Source of the DNA: Octopus sinensis
Taxonomy: Eukaryota
Direction: 5' to 3'
Assembly: GCF_006345805.1 (NCBI RefSeq)
Contig: NC_043013.1
Coordinates: forward strand, 28,706,001-28,770,000
DNA length: 64,000 bases
The translations under genes were made by a program, and so were the position numbers. The notes beneath the pieces are model-generated. The model saw only the letters and a list, made by a program, of their open reading frames with translations, was not told the origin of the DNA and made no database searches. The stretch's first letter is position 1. Every line of letters begins with the position of its first letter. Positions 1-11,777 of the stretch are shown here, piece after piece.

Positions 1-950
1 ATGAAGAAATCGCAATCATTACTTATTATTAGTTGGAATATGTTTCATATTATTTATATTTGCTAGTTTTCATCGTTGTGCAATATACTTTAATAAACAA
101 AATGATGTTTCGTAATAGGATGCATTAATGTTTCACTTTTCATTATCTTAACTGTTAGGTGTATGGCAAAAAAAAAAAAAAAAGAGAGAGAGAAAAGAAA
201 AGAAAAGGTAAAAACAATAAGTGCAGAAGAAAGAAGAGAAGAAATTTTTATTTCTGAATCTTCCCACTTATCTTTTATAGATTAATGTTGTTTGGAAAGA
301 TAATTTATTACGTGACATTAGACTAATGTTTAACCCCCAGAAATGGGGCAAGGTAGAAAGAAGATATAAAATGAAGATGGCAAGAAATACTATATGTGTG
401 TATGCATTTATATACATATATAAATAAACATACATACATGTGTATGTACACACACACACACACACACACATGCACATACATATATGTATATTTACAATGA
501 AAGAAAGGCAAGAATATAAGCTGTATGCATACACACACATACACATATGTATTTGGTAGTCAACAAAATTTAACCAATGAAAATTTAAAACTAAAACTGA
601 TAAGGACAGAAAATAAAGGCATTTTCTTTTTCTCCTTTCAAAGCAGCGTAAACAATTTTTAAAAAAATTTAATTTCTTAAGAAATTATATTGACGAAAAA
701 AAAAGAAAAACCCACTTATTTTTATTCATGTTAATACCCATTATAAAAGATTTGTATTTGTTTTGAGTATAATTCTCTGCAAATTGTCTGTATGTTGTGA
801 AGAAAGCTGAGTTTATAGGACGTTTGCCTGAACACTGAACACCATTTGGAAATTTACTTTGTGTCATTAAGCACATTCATTAATTAGGTCACAGAATCAA
901 GGGAAATAATGCTGGGTTGTTTTGATTACCTAATTATAAATAGGTACCAT

Positions 951-1185
951 GGAGGTGCATGGCTTAGTTGTTAGGGTGTTGGATTCGCGATTGTAAGATT
1001 GTGGCTTCGATTCTTGGACTGGGCAATACTTTGTGATCTTGATTAAAACATTCGTTTCATGTTGTTCCAGTCTACTCAGCTTGTTAAAAATGAGCAATCC
1101 TGCAACAGACTAGTGTCCCATCCAGAGAGGAATACATACACAGCAGAGAAACTGGGAAACTGGCTCTATGCTCCTTATGACACAA
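951..1185 (+). mobile_element. tRNA-headed SINE (family 1)
   Basis: A-box TGGCTTAGTTG and B-box GCTTCGATTCT, followed by a core ending GACTAGTGTCCCATCCAG; an inverse copy lies at ~8625-8835. Confidence 0.75.
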
Positions 1186-1318
1186 AATGGACTCACCCAC
1201 AATGGGTGGGTTTGACTTCCTTATTTAAGGTGTAAAAGAAACAGTGTATACAATAAAAAAAAGGTCCCGTGATAGCTTGCAATGCAGAGTTCACATCTTC
1301 CTTCATGCCTCTTATATA

Positions 1319-1358
<40 letters not shown>

Positions 1359-1609
1359 TAGTACCTCGGTTTTCAAACAACTCTGATCACGAATAAATCA
1401 TGCTAGAGCACTGTCATTTTTCCTTTATTTGAGATAAAGAAACCGCTCTCAGGCTTCATCCTTTATAAGCCTGATACTTATTCTATCGGTCTCTTTTGTG
1501 AAACTGCTAAGTTATGGGGACATAAACACACCAACATCAATTGTCGGGTGGTGGTTGGGGACAAACACAATCACAAAAACATGAACATAAATATATATAT
1601 AAGAAGACC

Positions 1610-1961
1610 CCAGCAAGCCAAGTGAGACTGTAACCATGACCTATACAAGTGCAGCATAACTGGCCCTTTTAAGAGTATCCTTCAGTCATTGGACAATAAA
1701 CTGTGCTTGCGAAGACCTGTTGAGTCAAGTGTAGTCATTGTTGTGGCCGATGCCAGTACCACCTGACTGGCACCTGTGCCAGTGGCATGTAAAAAGCACC
1801 CACTACACTCTCAAAGTGGTTGGTGTTAGGAAGGGCATCCAGCTGTAGAAATATTGCCAGATCGAATGGGAGCCTGATGCAACCTACTGGCTTGCCAATC
1901 CTCAGTCAAACTATCCAACCCATGCCAGCATGGAAAGCAGACATTAAATGATGATGATGAT
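1610..1961 (+). mobile_element. RTE-type LINE 3' UTR fragment with (GAT)n tail
   Basis: GGAAGGGCATCCAGCTGTAGAAA...CCATGCCAGCATGGAAA...(TGA)n terminus shared by >10 copies in the window; the copy at 28548-29125 links this tail to an ORF2 C-terminus. Confidence 0.75.
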
Positions 1962-1994
<33 letters not shown>

Positions 1995-2198
1995 TATATA
2001 TATCATCATCATCATCATCATCATCATATATTTCTGTGAGAGTTAGATGTTGAAAAACCAACTAAGGGATAGTAACTATTCAATATACTGCTGGTAGTGT
2101 ACCCAATTATTCATAGCCAAGTGCTAGTTATTGCATGGCAATCTCGCAATTGAGTAATATATATGGGTGGTGGGTAAACAAGTGGTTTACCTTTAATT

Positions 2199-2307
2199 TA
2201 TACGGCAAATAAGAAAACGGAGAGGATATAAAATCTACAGTAGACATAGTTGAATGTTTACTGGGTGATGCCTGTTGATTTTATATCCTCCCACCTTCTT
2301 ATTTGCC

Positions 2308-2312
<5 letters not shown>
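2199..2312. repeat. fold-back element, ~41-bp arms
   Basis: 2199-2240 TATACGGCAAATAAGAAAACGGAGAGGATATAAAATCTACAG is nearly the reverse complement of 2272-2312. Confidence 0.85.
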
Positions 2313-2342
<30 letters not shown>

Positions 2343-2344
2343 CG

Positions 2345-2722
2345 ATTCTTTTATTCATTTACTTGTTTCAGTCATGAGACTGCAGCCATGCTAGAGCACT
2401 GCTTTTATGAATTTTAGTCTAATGAATCAATTCCGGTACATTTTTTTAAAACCTGGTACTTATTCTATCAATCTCTCTTGCCAAACTGCTCAGTTATGGG
2501 TATATAAACATACACACACACACACACATATATGAATATATACATGTATTTATATATATGATGGGCTTCTTTCAGTTTCCATCCACCATATCCACTCACA
2601 AGGCTTTCGTTGGCCAAAGGCTATAGTAGAAGACACTTGCCCAAGGTGCCATGCAGCGCGACTGAACCTGGAAACGTGGTTTGTAAGCAAGATTCTTACC
2701 ACACAGCCATGCCAGTACATAC
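2345..2722 (-). mobile_element. bipartite tRNA-headed SINE with internal (TA)n(TG)n (family 2)
   Basis: Head ...GCACCTTGGGCAAGTGTCTTCTACTATAGCC...GAAACTGAAAGAAGCCC, then a microsatellite, then the ...GCATGGCTGCAGTC...GACTGAAACAAGTAAA tail; many copies in the window. Confidence 0.8.
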
Positions 2723-2859
2723 ACACACACACACATATGCCCATACATTTATATATATATACATATATGTATACATGTATGCATACATATATATGTATAC
2801 ATATATATATATACATATATACATACTTGTGCACATATGTGTGTGCACATGCGGTTATG

Positions 2860-2900
<41 letters not shown>

Positions 2901-3533
2901 CAAAACATGGCTTACTAATGAAAATAATTCAAATTACTTCTGTTTGTTCGTTCGTTAGTTATTATTTTTGCCTCGTTAGAATTTGTTGTGGTATTATAAT
3001 TATTACAATTTTTTTTTTTTTTTTTTTTTTTACAATTATCTTGCTTCATTTTTCATTTTTGTTTCTCAGTCTTTTGGTATCTATTGCATCAGCCTTCTCC
3101 AATGAGGAAATCTTAATCCTTCTTTGAATACGATACACATCTTAAGAGACATCTGGTACCAGTTTCGACATTTCTGAAATACCAACAACGAACTCTAATG
3201 AGCATCATCAAATCTCTTTTTTTCTTCTTTCTCTAATTATATTTTTTCTGCTCATATTGTTTTTTTTGTTTGTTTGTCTTTTTTTTTTCCTAGCAAATTA
3301 ATATTCTACACATTAATTTGGGAAGTAATTTTTGTAACATACAGATTCATTATGTTCTTGTATGTTTAATATATATTATGTACAAACTATGTTGTATTGG
3401 TGTATCAGCATATATGTGTTTGTGTGTATGTGTGTGTGAATGTATGTACATATGTTTGTGTATATGTGTATATCTATCGTATTTATAAGATAAATACACA
3501 CATATATACAAACACATGTATATACATTCACAC

Positions 3534-3618
<85 letters not shown>

Positions 3619-3946
3619 TGTATATACACACGTGTGTGTGTATATATATATATATGTGTGAATGTTTGTCTATATATGTATATTTGTCTATTGATCTACT
3701 TTCTTTTTCTTTCTTTCATTCTTTCTGTTTTCCTTCCTTCCTTCTTTCTTTCTTTCCTTCCTTCCTTTCTTTCTTCCTTCCTTCCTTCTTTCCTTCCTCC
3801 CTTCCTTATATACCAACACAGCATATGTTTTGTGTAATAGAGTATATTTATATATTTTTAATAAACCTGTAATTATAAGATGATCTTACTCTAGAACGAA
3901 ACCTAAGACCTAAGCATATAACACTCTTAAGTTCTTGGCTGTGCAA

Positions 3947-4173
3947 CATGTGTATGATATTCTTTTATTTATGTTTATATATTCTATGTGGGTTAATCCC
4001 TGGTTCATTTCATTTCTGACAAGGAAAGTGACACGGGAGTGTTTCGTAACTCAATACAGAACAAATATCTCAAGTAAGTTTATTCATAAAACACTAGTTT
4101 TGTGGGGGTGGATTTTCTCAATGGTTTTGTTATTTTTCACTGATAATTTAAATTAAAATTTTATTAAATATGC
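3947..4173 (+). repeat. 227-bp direct repeat, copy 1
   Basis: Matches 6176-6402 with 4 substitutions by eye; an inverted partial copy lies at 5180-5270. Confidence 0.95.
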
Positions 4174-4560
4174 CTAAAGCATATTTAATATGTGGTTGAT
4201 TTGTGCTGGTATCATTTAATTGACCTAGTTCTCTTATACCTATGCTATTATTAGGATCAATATTTGCGATTTTTCTTTTTAATTTGATATCTGGTATATA
4301 GTAGATAGTTTTATTAAACTCACTTAATTTCAAGGCATTATTATATGTAGGGGCGTGTTGATTGAAGATTTCCTTGTTAGCGGATAAATTCGACACCCTA
4401 ATAGAAATAGCAACTACAATGCTATTAATAGTTAAGCTAGAGTGATTAGAGGAAACATTGATGTACTGGAGGGTTTGGTTTGGCTTTCAGTATGGGTAGT
4501 AAAGTTCCGTGTTTAGGTATAATGATACATTGAGAAAATTAGCAGCTTTGGGGTTGATAC
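4174..4560 (-). pseudogene. Penelope-like element reverse transcriptase C-terminal fragment
   Basis: One frame gives ANFLNVSLYLNTELYYPY*KPNQTLQYINVSSNHSSLTINSIVVAISIRVSNLSANKEIFNQHAPTYNNALK, matching the PLE RT pattern NFLDV-L-L...YRKPN...YIN--SNHP...IS-RIS-LS-N-E-F. Confidence 0.8.
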
Positions 4561-4719
4561 CAAAAATGATATCAAGGTTAAAGAAATTTCTACAAAATTT
4601 CCTTCTTCACTTTTTTTTTACCCTTCAGCAGCAGGATTTGACAGATCACATGCAATAAATAGGGCATTGTCACTATATAAACCCCCAGGGAGATTAGGGA
4701 AGCTACTTTTTATCTTTGT

Positions 4720-6175
4720 GGTGCTTTTTATATGCCAGTGGTATGGGTGCCAGTTATGTGACACCAGCATCAGTCACAACTACAATTTGACTTGGTTTGA
4801 TGGGTCATCTCAAGCACAACATATTGCCAAAGGTCTCACTCATTAGTCATTGCCCCTGTGAGGCTCAAAGTTTGAAGATCATGCTTCACCACCTCACCCC
4901 ATGTCTTCCTGGGTCTACCTCTACCACAGGTTTCCTCCACAATTAGAGATCAGCACTTCTTTATACAACTGCTCTCGTCCATACATATCACATGATCACA
5001 CAGCACAGTCGTCTCTCTTGCACACCACATCTTATGCCTCTTATATCTAACTTTTCTCTCAAGATGCTTTCACTCTGTCAAATATGCACACTGACATTGC
5101 TCATCCAGCAGAGTAGACTAGCTTCATTTCTTTCAAGCCTACACATGTCTTTGGCTGTCACAGCCCATGTTTCACTGCCATATTTGTTCTGTATTGAGTT
5201 ACGAAACACTCCCTCATCACTTTCCTTGTCAGAAATTAAATGAACTAGTGATTAACCCACAGAATATATATCAAGCCTGTTCACACACAGGCATCATACC
5301 ATCTGCCTTTCACTCTTAGACACATGCCCTTTGTTGCCAGCAGAGTTATGAGCTCTCTGAACTTTGCCCAGCCTAATCTTATTCTCACAGCTACACTCTC
5401 AGAGCATCCACCTCTGCTGTTAACTTGGTCACCTAGACAACAGAAGCTATTTGCTGCCTCTAGCTTACTCCACTGGCAGTTGATAGAGTCTACTTTCTGT
5501 ACATTTTCAGTGTTTATCGTACCTGTGCACCTTCCACACACAAAAACTATTTTCCCTGTAAACCTTCCTCTGATATTGCTACACCTCTTATGTATCCATA
5601 GCTTACACCAGGTACATCTTATGGAGTTTCTACCTATGCCTTCCCTACAGATCGAGCAATGCCATCTACCTGAAGGGATTTGTGATTTGTCTGCCTTCCT
5701 ACTTACTAAGACTTTGGTTTTTGCTAGGTTAACTCTAAGGCCCTTCAATTCTAGACCTTGCTTCCATATTGGAAACTTTTTCTCTAGTTCTGGTCATGAT
5801 TCAGCTATAAGAACAAGGTCATCAGCATAGAGGAGCTCCCAGGAGCAGCCTGTCTTTGATTCCTCTGTTATTGCCTCGAGGACTATGATGAACTAGAGGG
5901 GGGCTGAGAAATTGGTGAATCCCTATTTGTACCCTGAATTCTTCACTATACTTGTTGCCACCCTCACCTTACTGGTAGCATCCCTGTACATGGCTTGTAA
6001 AGTTCTCACCAGCCACTTGTCTATCCCTAGTTTCCGCATTGACCTTCAGATAAGGAATCGGGGGACCCTGTCAAAGGCTTTCTCCAAGTCAACAAAAGCC
6101 AAGTCCAGAGGTTTATCTTTGGCTACGTATTTCTCCTGCAGCTGCCTTACCAAAGATATAGCATCAGTGGTGCTT
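4720..6175 (-). pseudogene. RTE-clade LINE ORF2 3' fragment (RT, PHD finger, thumb) plus 3' UTR
   Basis: AFVDLEKAFDRVP near 6060-6100, YADD at 5818-5829, then GLRVNLAKTKVL and FCCLGD...RIRLGWAKFREL; interrupted at 5180-5270. Confidence 0.9.
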
Positions 6176-6402
6176 CATGTGTATGATATTCTTTTATTTA
6201 TGTTTATATATTCTATGTGAGTTAATCCCTGGTTCATTTCATTTCTGACAAGGAAAGTGACATGGGAGTGTTTCGTAACTCAATACAGAACAAATATTTC
6301 AAGTGAGTTTATTCATAAAACACTAGTTTTGTGGGGGTGGATTTTCTCAATGGTTTTGTTATTTTTCACTGATAATTTAAATTAAAATTTTATTAAATAT
6401 GC
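6176..6402 (+). repeat. 227-bp direct repeat, copy 2
   Basis: Near-identical to 3947-4173; sits exactly between the truncated RTE and the truncated mariner. Confidence 0.95.
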
Positions 6403-6443
6403 TTGATTTTGTTTACAGCTGTTAGTTCAGTGTCAATTTTAAC

Positions 6444-7207
6444 ATGGAATGCAAAAATGGACATTTTCACCATATTTTGCATTTTTATTTCCATAAAGGC
6501 AAGAAAGCTGCTGAAGCTCACAAAGAGATATGTGAAGTTTATGGTGTTGATTGCTTAACAGAATGCACGTTAGAAATGGTTTAAAAAATTCTGTTCTGGA
6601 GATTTTTCTCTCAAAGACGATCAGTGTTCTGGTTGACCTACTGAAGTTGATGATGACCAGATGAAGGCCATAATTGAATCTGATTGTCATATAACTGTGT
6701 GAGTGATTGCAGAGAAGGTTAAATGTATCACACACAACAACTGAAAACCACTTAAAATGTCTTGGATTCCTTAAGGAGCTCAATATTTGGGTTCTACATA
6801 AATTGAAAGAAATTCACTTAACACAACAAAACAATATTTGCGATATACATCTCAAACGCAATGAAATCAGTGTTTTTTTTAAACAAATTACCACGGGTGA
6901 CGAAAAATGGATTGTCTACAATAATATCAATTGAAAATGATCATGGTCCAAGCGTAATGAACCAGCACAAACCACATCGAAAGCTGAATTGCTTCAAAAA
7001 AAGGTCATGCTGTCAATTTGGTGGGATTACAAAGGTGCTGTGTAATTTAAGCTGCTTCCGAGGAACCAAACAATCAATTCAGATGTTTACTACTAACAAC
7101 TAATGAAACTGGAAGGAGCAATCAAAGAAAAACGACCAGAATTGGCTAATCGTAAAGGAATCGTGTTCCACCATGACAACCCTAGAGCACACACGTCTTT
7201 GCTAACT
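6444..7207 (+). pseudogene. mariner transposase, frameshifted and 3'-truncated
   Basis: MECKNGHFHHILHFYFHKGKKAAEAHKEICEVYG start, WVLHKL (WVPHEL motif), TGDEKW (first D), KVMLSIWWD, HHDNPRAH (second D); the third D and both TIRs are missing. Confidence 0.92.
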
Positions 7208-7268
7208 GAATCATGTGAATCGTTGGTGATTTTCTTCTTCCATTTTCCCTTCTTTTGGACTTTCCTCT

Positions 7269-7303
7269 ATTTCTAAAGAAGAGCTTTGCTCGAAATGTTA
7301 AAT
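7269..7303 (+). ncRNA. decayed minimal hammerhead-like motif
   Basis: AUUU-CUAAAGA-A-GAGC(UUU)GCUC-GAAA-UGUU-AAAU; G5 to A and C15.2 to U changes; homologous to the 58904 copy. Confidence 0.55.
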
Positions 7304-7380
7304 CCTCTTTCTTTCCTTTCCTTGAACCATGCCCTTGCGTTGCTATTTTTTCATGTTTGTTCTTCTTTGTTTGGATTCAC

Positions 7381-7399
<19 letters not shown>

Positions 7400-7411
<12 letters not shown>

Positions 7412-7572
7412 ATATACATACGATGGGCTTCTTTCAGTTTCTGTCTATCAAATCCATTCACAAGGCTATGGTCAGCCTGAGGCAGAAGATATTTACCCAA
7501 GGTGCCATACAGTGCGATTGAACCCGGAACCATGTTGTTGGGAAACAAACTTCTTACCACACAGCTACACCT
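7400..7572 (-). mobile_element. family 2 SINE head
   Basis: Reverse complement of the family 2 5' part, ending in (TG)n(TA)n. Confidence 0.75.
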
Positions 7573-7662
7573 GTGTCTATCACCTGTATTATACATATGT
7601 GTGTGTGTGTGTGTGTGTATAAAATAGCTTTCTCTCTCCCTCTCTCTCTCTCTCTGTCTCTG

Positions 7663-7695
<33 letters not shown>

Positions 7696-7696
7696 G

Positions 7697-7735
<39 letters not shown>

Positions 7736-8298
7736 TTATTTATTTATTTATTTATAGTAACTATCTGTCTGTCTATCTATCTATCTATATAATGTAGACA
7801 CACGCACACACAGACTATGTTAGTGTATGAGTGAAACACTCACTATAGATAAATATTCTCATTTTTTTTTTATACAATCTTAGTTATTTACCTTCAGTTA
7901 TATTATATATATATATATATTTTTTTTCTATCTGCAAAAGAATATTTCTAAGTTAATTTGACCCAAAATATATTTACACACGCACACACACACTCACACA
8001 CACACACGCACACACACGCATGAATATATATCTGCAAAGGTATAAATAATATTTTAAAAAGAAAAACAGCAGCAACATTTTGAAATTATGCAAACACATT
8101 GCAATATTTGATGAAGCAAAATATTATGCTGTAAGCTCGTTTCTATGACAACTCCATCAAGAACTGGGAAGGTGGAAATATATTTCGTATTTATTTGCTT
8201 ATTTAGTTTTTTTTATATTTACTTATTCAGTTTTTTTGTACGTTTTTGGAAAAGAAAAAAATGTATTAAGCATTCAGAAATATGCACGCACACACACG

Positions 8299-8339
<41 letters not shown>

Positions 8340-9021
8340 CTACACACCTGTATGCATGCACACACCTGCATTCATATATACATACATGCATGTATATATT
8401 ATATTTATGCATATATTATAGATGAAGTATAGATATGTATGTGTGTTTATATGTGTGTGTGTATGCTTTATAGTTAGATGTATGTATGTATGTATATTTG
8501 TTACATATGAATTATATATATTCACATATTTTTGATACACACATATATGCATGCACGCACACACACACACACACACATATTGATGCGATAAGCCTCCTTC
8601 CTGAGTCATATAAAATTGGTTGCTCAGTTTTTTGGTTTCTCTGGTGAATATACTCTCCCCTGGATGGGATGCCAGTCTATCACAGGAATGCTCATCTTTG
8701 CTAGATGAGGGAACTAGAGCAACGTAAAATGAAGTGTTTTACTTAAGAAGATAATGCATTGCCCAGTCCAGGAATCGAAACCTTGATCTTATGATCAGGA
8801 GCCCACCAACACAGCCACTAAGCCACATGCCTCTGCACACACATATATATATAAAGAGTAAAGACCCTCTTTGGTCATGAATGACCATGGAATTGCACCT
8901 AGAAAGTTACCCATGGAGGCACAAGTCTGGGCATGGTTGTTTATGGAAGACTAGCAGTCACCCATGCATACCAGCCTCCCTTCTCCATGCAACCCATGTT
9001 ATCCAAGGGAAAGGCAACCCT

Positions 9022-10510
9022 CACTTTACTCGTAGCATCCCTAGTTTCTACATTGACCCCCAGATAAGGGATTGGGGGACCCTGTCAAAGGTTTTCTCCA
9101 AGTCAACAAAGGCCAAGTACAGAGGTTTATCTTTGGCTATGTATTTCTCCTGCAGCTGCCTCTCCAGAAATATAGTATCAGTGGTGCTTCTCCCTGACAC
9201 AAAACCAAACTGCATCTCATCTAAGATAACTCTAATTGGTTGGGCTATTGACTCTCACCGTAACTTTCATCACCTGATTCAGCAATTTGATACCTCTGTA
9301 ATTATTTCTTTCTAAGGCATCACCTTTACCTTTGTAGCAGTTGACTATGTTGCTGCTACACCAGTCATTGGGTATTACTCCTTTGTGAACCACCTGATTA
9401 ACAATATGGGTGACTAGACAATAACCTACACCAATAGATATTTTAAGAATCTCAGCAGTGATTCCTGATGGGCTGGGGGCTTTTCCTGTCTTTATATCCT
9501 TAATTGCATTATCTACCATGGAACTGTCATGGAGCTGGTCCCTCAATTGGATCAACATTTGGCAGACTCTCCTACTGCCACATTCAGCAGTCTTTCATAA
9601 TGGCATTTCCAAACCTTTTTCTTTGCAGAATCATTATACGTAAGTGCACCATCATCCATACAGACACATTTCTTTCCTATGATATTGTGATTTTCTCTTA
9701 CACCCTGTCTTGCAATCTGAAACACTTCAGTTCTTTGGTCCTCGTGTCACTGAACATAGGCAAACTTCTATTCTGCTTCTCTCTTGGCTAGATATACTTG
9801 TCCCCTAGCATCTCTTCTGGCATTCTGATACAGTTCCCTGATAACCCCATTCTTCCAGACCTTCCAGCTCTATTTCTTAGCTCTAATGGCCCTGTCTACC
9901 ACATTGTTCCATCACCATATTACCCTAGGTCTAGATGGGACTTTTCACCAGCCACAGATTTGGTCTGTGGTACTCAGCAAATTGTCCTTCAGGAATTCCC
10001 AGTTGTCCTCTATATCACAAGTCTGTAGCTCTCCTTCCCTTTCATTAACTTTCTCAATTTGGATGTCCCTAAATCTTTGACCATATGAAGAGTCTTTAAG
10101 CTTTCAAGCCCTTCTTTTCCACATTGGTTTACTTCTTGGCATCCTTCTGGAGTCTGAAGTCACTAATGACTAATCTATGCTGAGGGTACATTCTTCACCA
10201 GAGAATGTTTGGTGAGAATGTAATCGATCTGGCTAGCACAGACACCAGATTAGTAGGTTATCAGGTGAATGGCTAGCTTCCTGAAGAACATGTTGCAGAT
10301 CAAAAGGTTATTTGCATCACAGAACGCCAGTAGCCTTGTTCCCTCTTTGTTTCAGGAGCCAAATCCATGGCTCTCATGTACACCATGGAAGATACCAGGT
10401 TTTCATCCATCATGCCCATTGAAATCCCCAGCCATGAAGAGGAGATCATTGTCACTTGTCTTTGAGGTACCCTGCAGAAGAATATCATACAAGTGGTCCT
10501 TCTGCACAGC
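9022..10510 (-). pseudogene. RTE-clade LINE ORF2 fragment (APE endonuclease C-terminus to RT N-terminus)
   Basis: WDFNGHDG...GFGS*NKEGTRLLAFCDANNLLICNMFFRK...SQIDYIL; KTGKAPSPSGITAEILK...WCSSNIVNCYKGKGDALERNNYRGIKLL; AFVDLEKTFDRVP. Confidence 0.9.
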
Positions 10511-10885
10511 ACCATGTTAAAGCGCCCATGCAGTGCCACGTAAAAGTGTTCTCGTGGTGCCACATAAAAGCACCCATGCTGTGCCACTTAAAAATTCCCA
10601 TGTGACACCATGTAAAAGCACCCAGCACACTCTGTAAAACGATTGACATTAGGAAGGGCATCCAGCCATAGCGACCTTACCAAAACACTGGAGTCTGGTG
10701 CAGCCTTCCAGCTTGCCAGCTCTGGTCAAACCATGCAACTGATGCCAGTATGGACAATGGACATTAAATTATGATGATGATGATAATAATGAAAATGATG
10801 ATGATGATGATGGTGGCACCTTGGGAAAATGTCATCTGCTATAGCCCTGGGCCAACCAAAGGCTTGTGAGTAGATTTAGTTGATG

Positions 10886-11277
10886 ACTAGCAGTATCGCC
10901 CGGCGTTGCTCAGGTTTGTAAGGGAAATAACTATAAAGCATTTTTAGAGAGTTATAGCCAAAAAATATCCAAAAAATGGAAAAAAAATGATGGTAAATTT
11001 TTTTTTTGAGAGTAATAAAAGGTTGAGTTGCGTCCCCTAGACAGTCTGTGGTTTGTTTTTTTTTATTCTCGACCCCATGTCGAATGTATCGATTTTTTTC
11101 AGAACTGGGGGAACTTTTCAAAATTTTCGCTGCGTTAGTTTTGAATTATGACATTGGGCTATGTGTGTGTCAAGTTTCATCAGAATCGGTTGAAAGCCGT
11201 GGTCAGGGTGAGGGTACGAAGGAAAACAGACACACAGAAACACGCCACAGACAACTGCCGTTTATATAGAGAGAGAT
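10886..11277 (+). mobile_element. Helitron/Helentron-like non-autonomous element H1 (further copies 12388-12773 and 13884-14275)
   Basis: 5' ACTAG...CCCGGCGTTGCTCAGG hairpin; 3' CAAGTTTCATCAGAATCGGTTGAAAGCCGTGG...ACAGACACACAGA...TTTATATAGAGAGAGAT, the Lep1/DINE-1-like layout; no TIRs. Confidence 0.65.
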
Positions 11278-11393
11278 TGTAAATTATATCCGAATGAAGG
11301 AAAAATACAGAAGCATTTCAGTAAAATAAAGTATCTTTAAATAATGTTAATACATTTTAGAAAAAAAATGAGAGGGAATATATACATGGTATG

Positions 11394-11777
11394 ATGGAAG
11401 CACTCCGTCGGTACGACGACGAGGGTTCCGGTTGATCCGAATCAACGGAACAGCCTGCTCGTAAAATTAACGTGTAAGTGGCTGAGCACTCCACAGACAC
11501 GTGTACCCTTAACGTAGTTCTCGGGGATATTCAGCGTGACACAGAGAGTGACAAGGCGGCCCTTTGAAATACAGGTACAACAGAAACAGGAAGTAAGAGT
11601 GAGAGAAAGTTGTGGTGAAAGAGTACAGCAGGGATCACCACCATCCCCTGCCGAAGCCTCGTGGAGCTTTTTAGGTGTTTTCGCTCAATAAACACTCACA
11701 ACGCCCGGTCTGGGAATCGAACCGCGATCCTATGACCACGAGTCGCTGCTCTAACCACTGGGCCATTGCGCCTCCAC
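11394..11777 (-). mobile_element. full-length tRNA-headed SINE (family 3) with 12-bp TSD
   Basis: Head GGAGGCGCAATGGCCCAGTGGTTAGAGCAGCG...GGTTCGATTCCC; ATACATGGTATG flanks it at 11382-11393 and 11778-11789; second copy at 12887-13272. Confidence 0.9.

Noticed and set aside
951-1025. tRNA-like sequences here and at other SINE heads
   Set aside because: They have A/B boxes but no complete cloverleaf and run into SINE bodies, so they are not tRNA genes.
1356-1410. TA-CAGTAGTACCTCGGTTTTC, a possible Tigger-like TIR
   Set aside because: Only one end and ~55 bp; no partner TIR found.
4010-4070. Minus-strand GAAACAC-UCCC-GUGUC resembling hammerhead stem III in the 227-bp repeat
   Set aside because: No CUGANGA-type core, stem II or stem I partner could be placed upstream.
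10510-10625. Short regularly spaced repeats resembling a CRISPR array
   Set aside because: These are degenerate VNTR units in a LINE UTR with no unique spacers, in a eukaryotic context.
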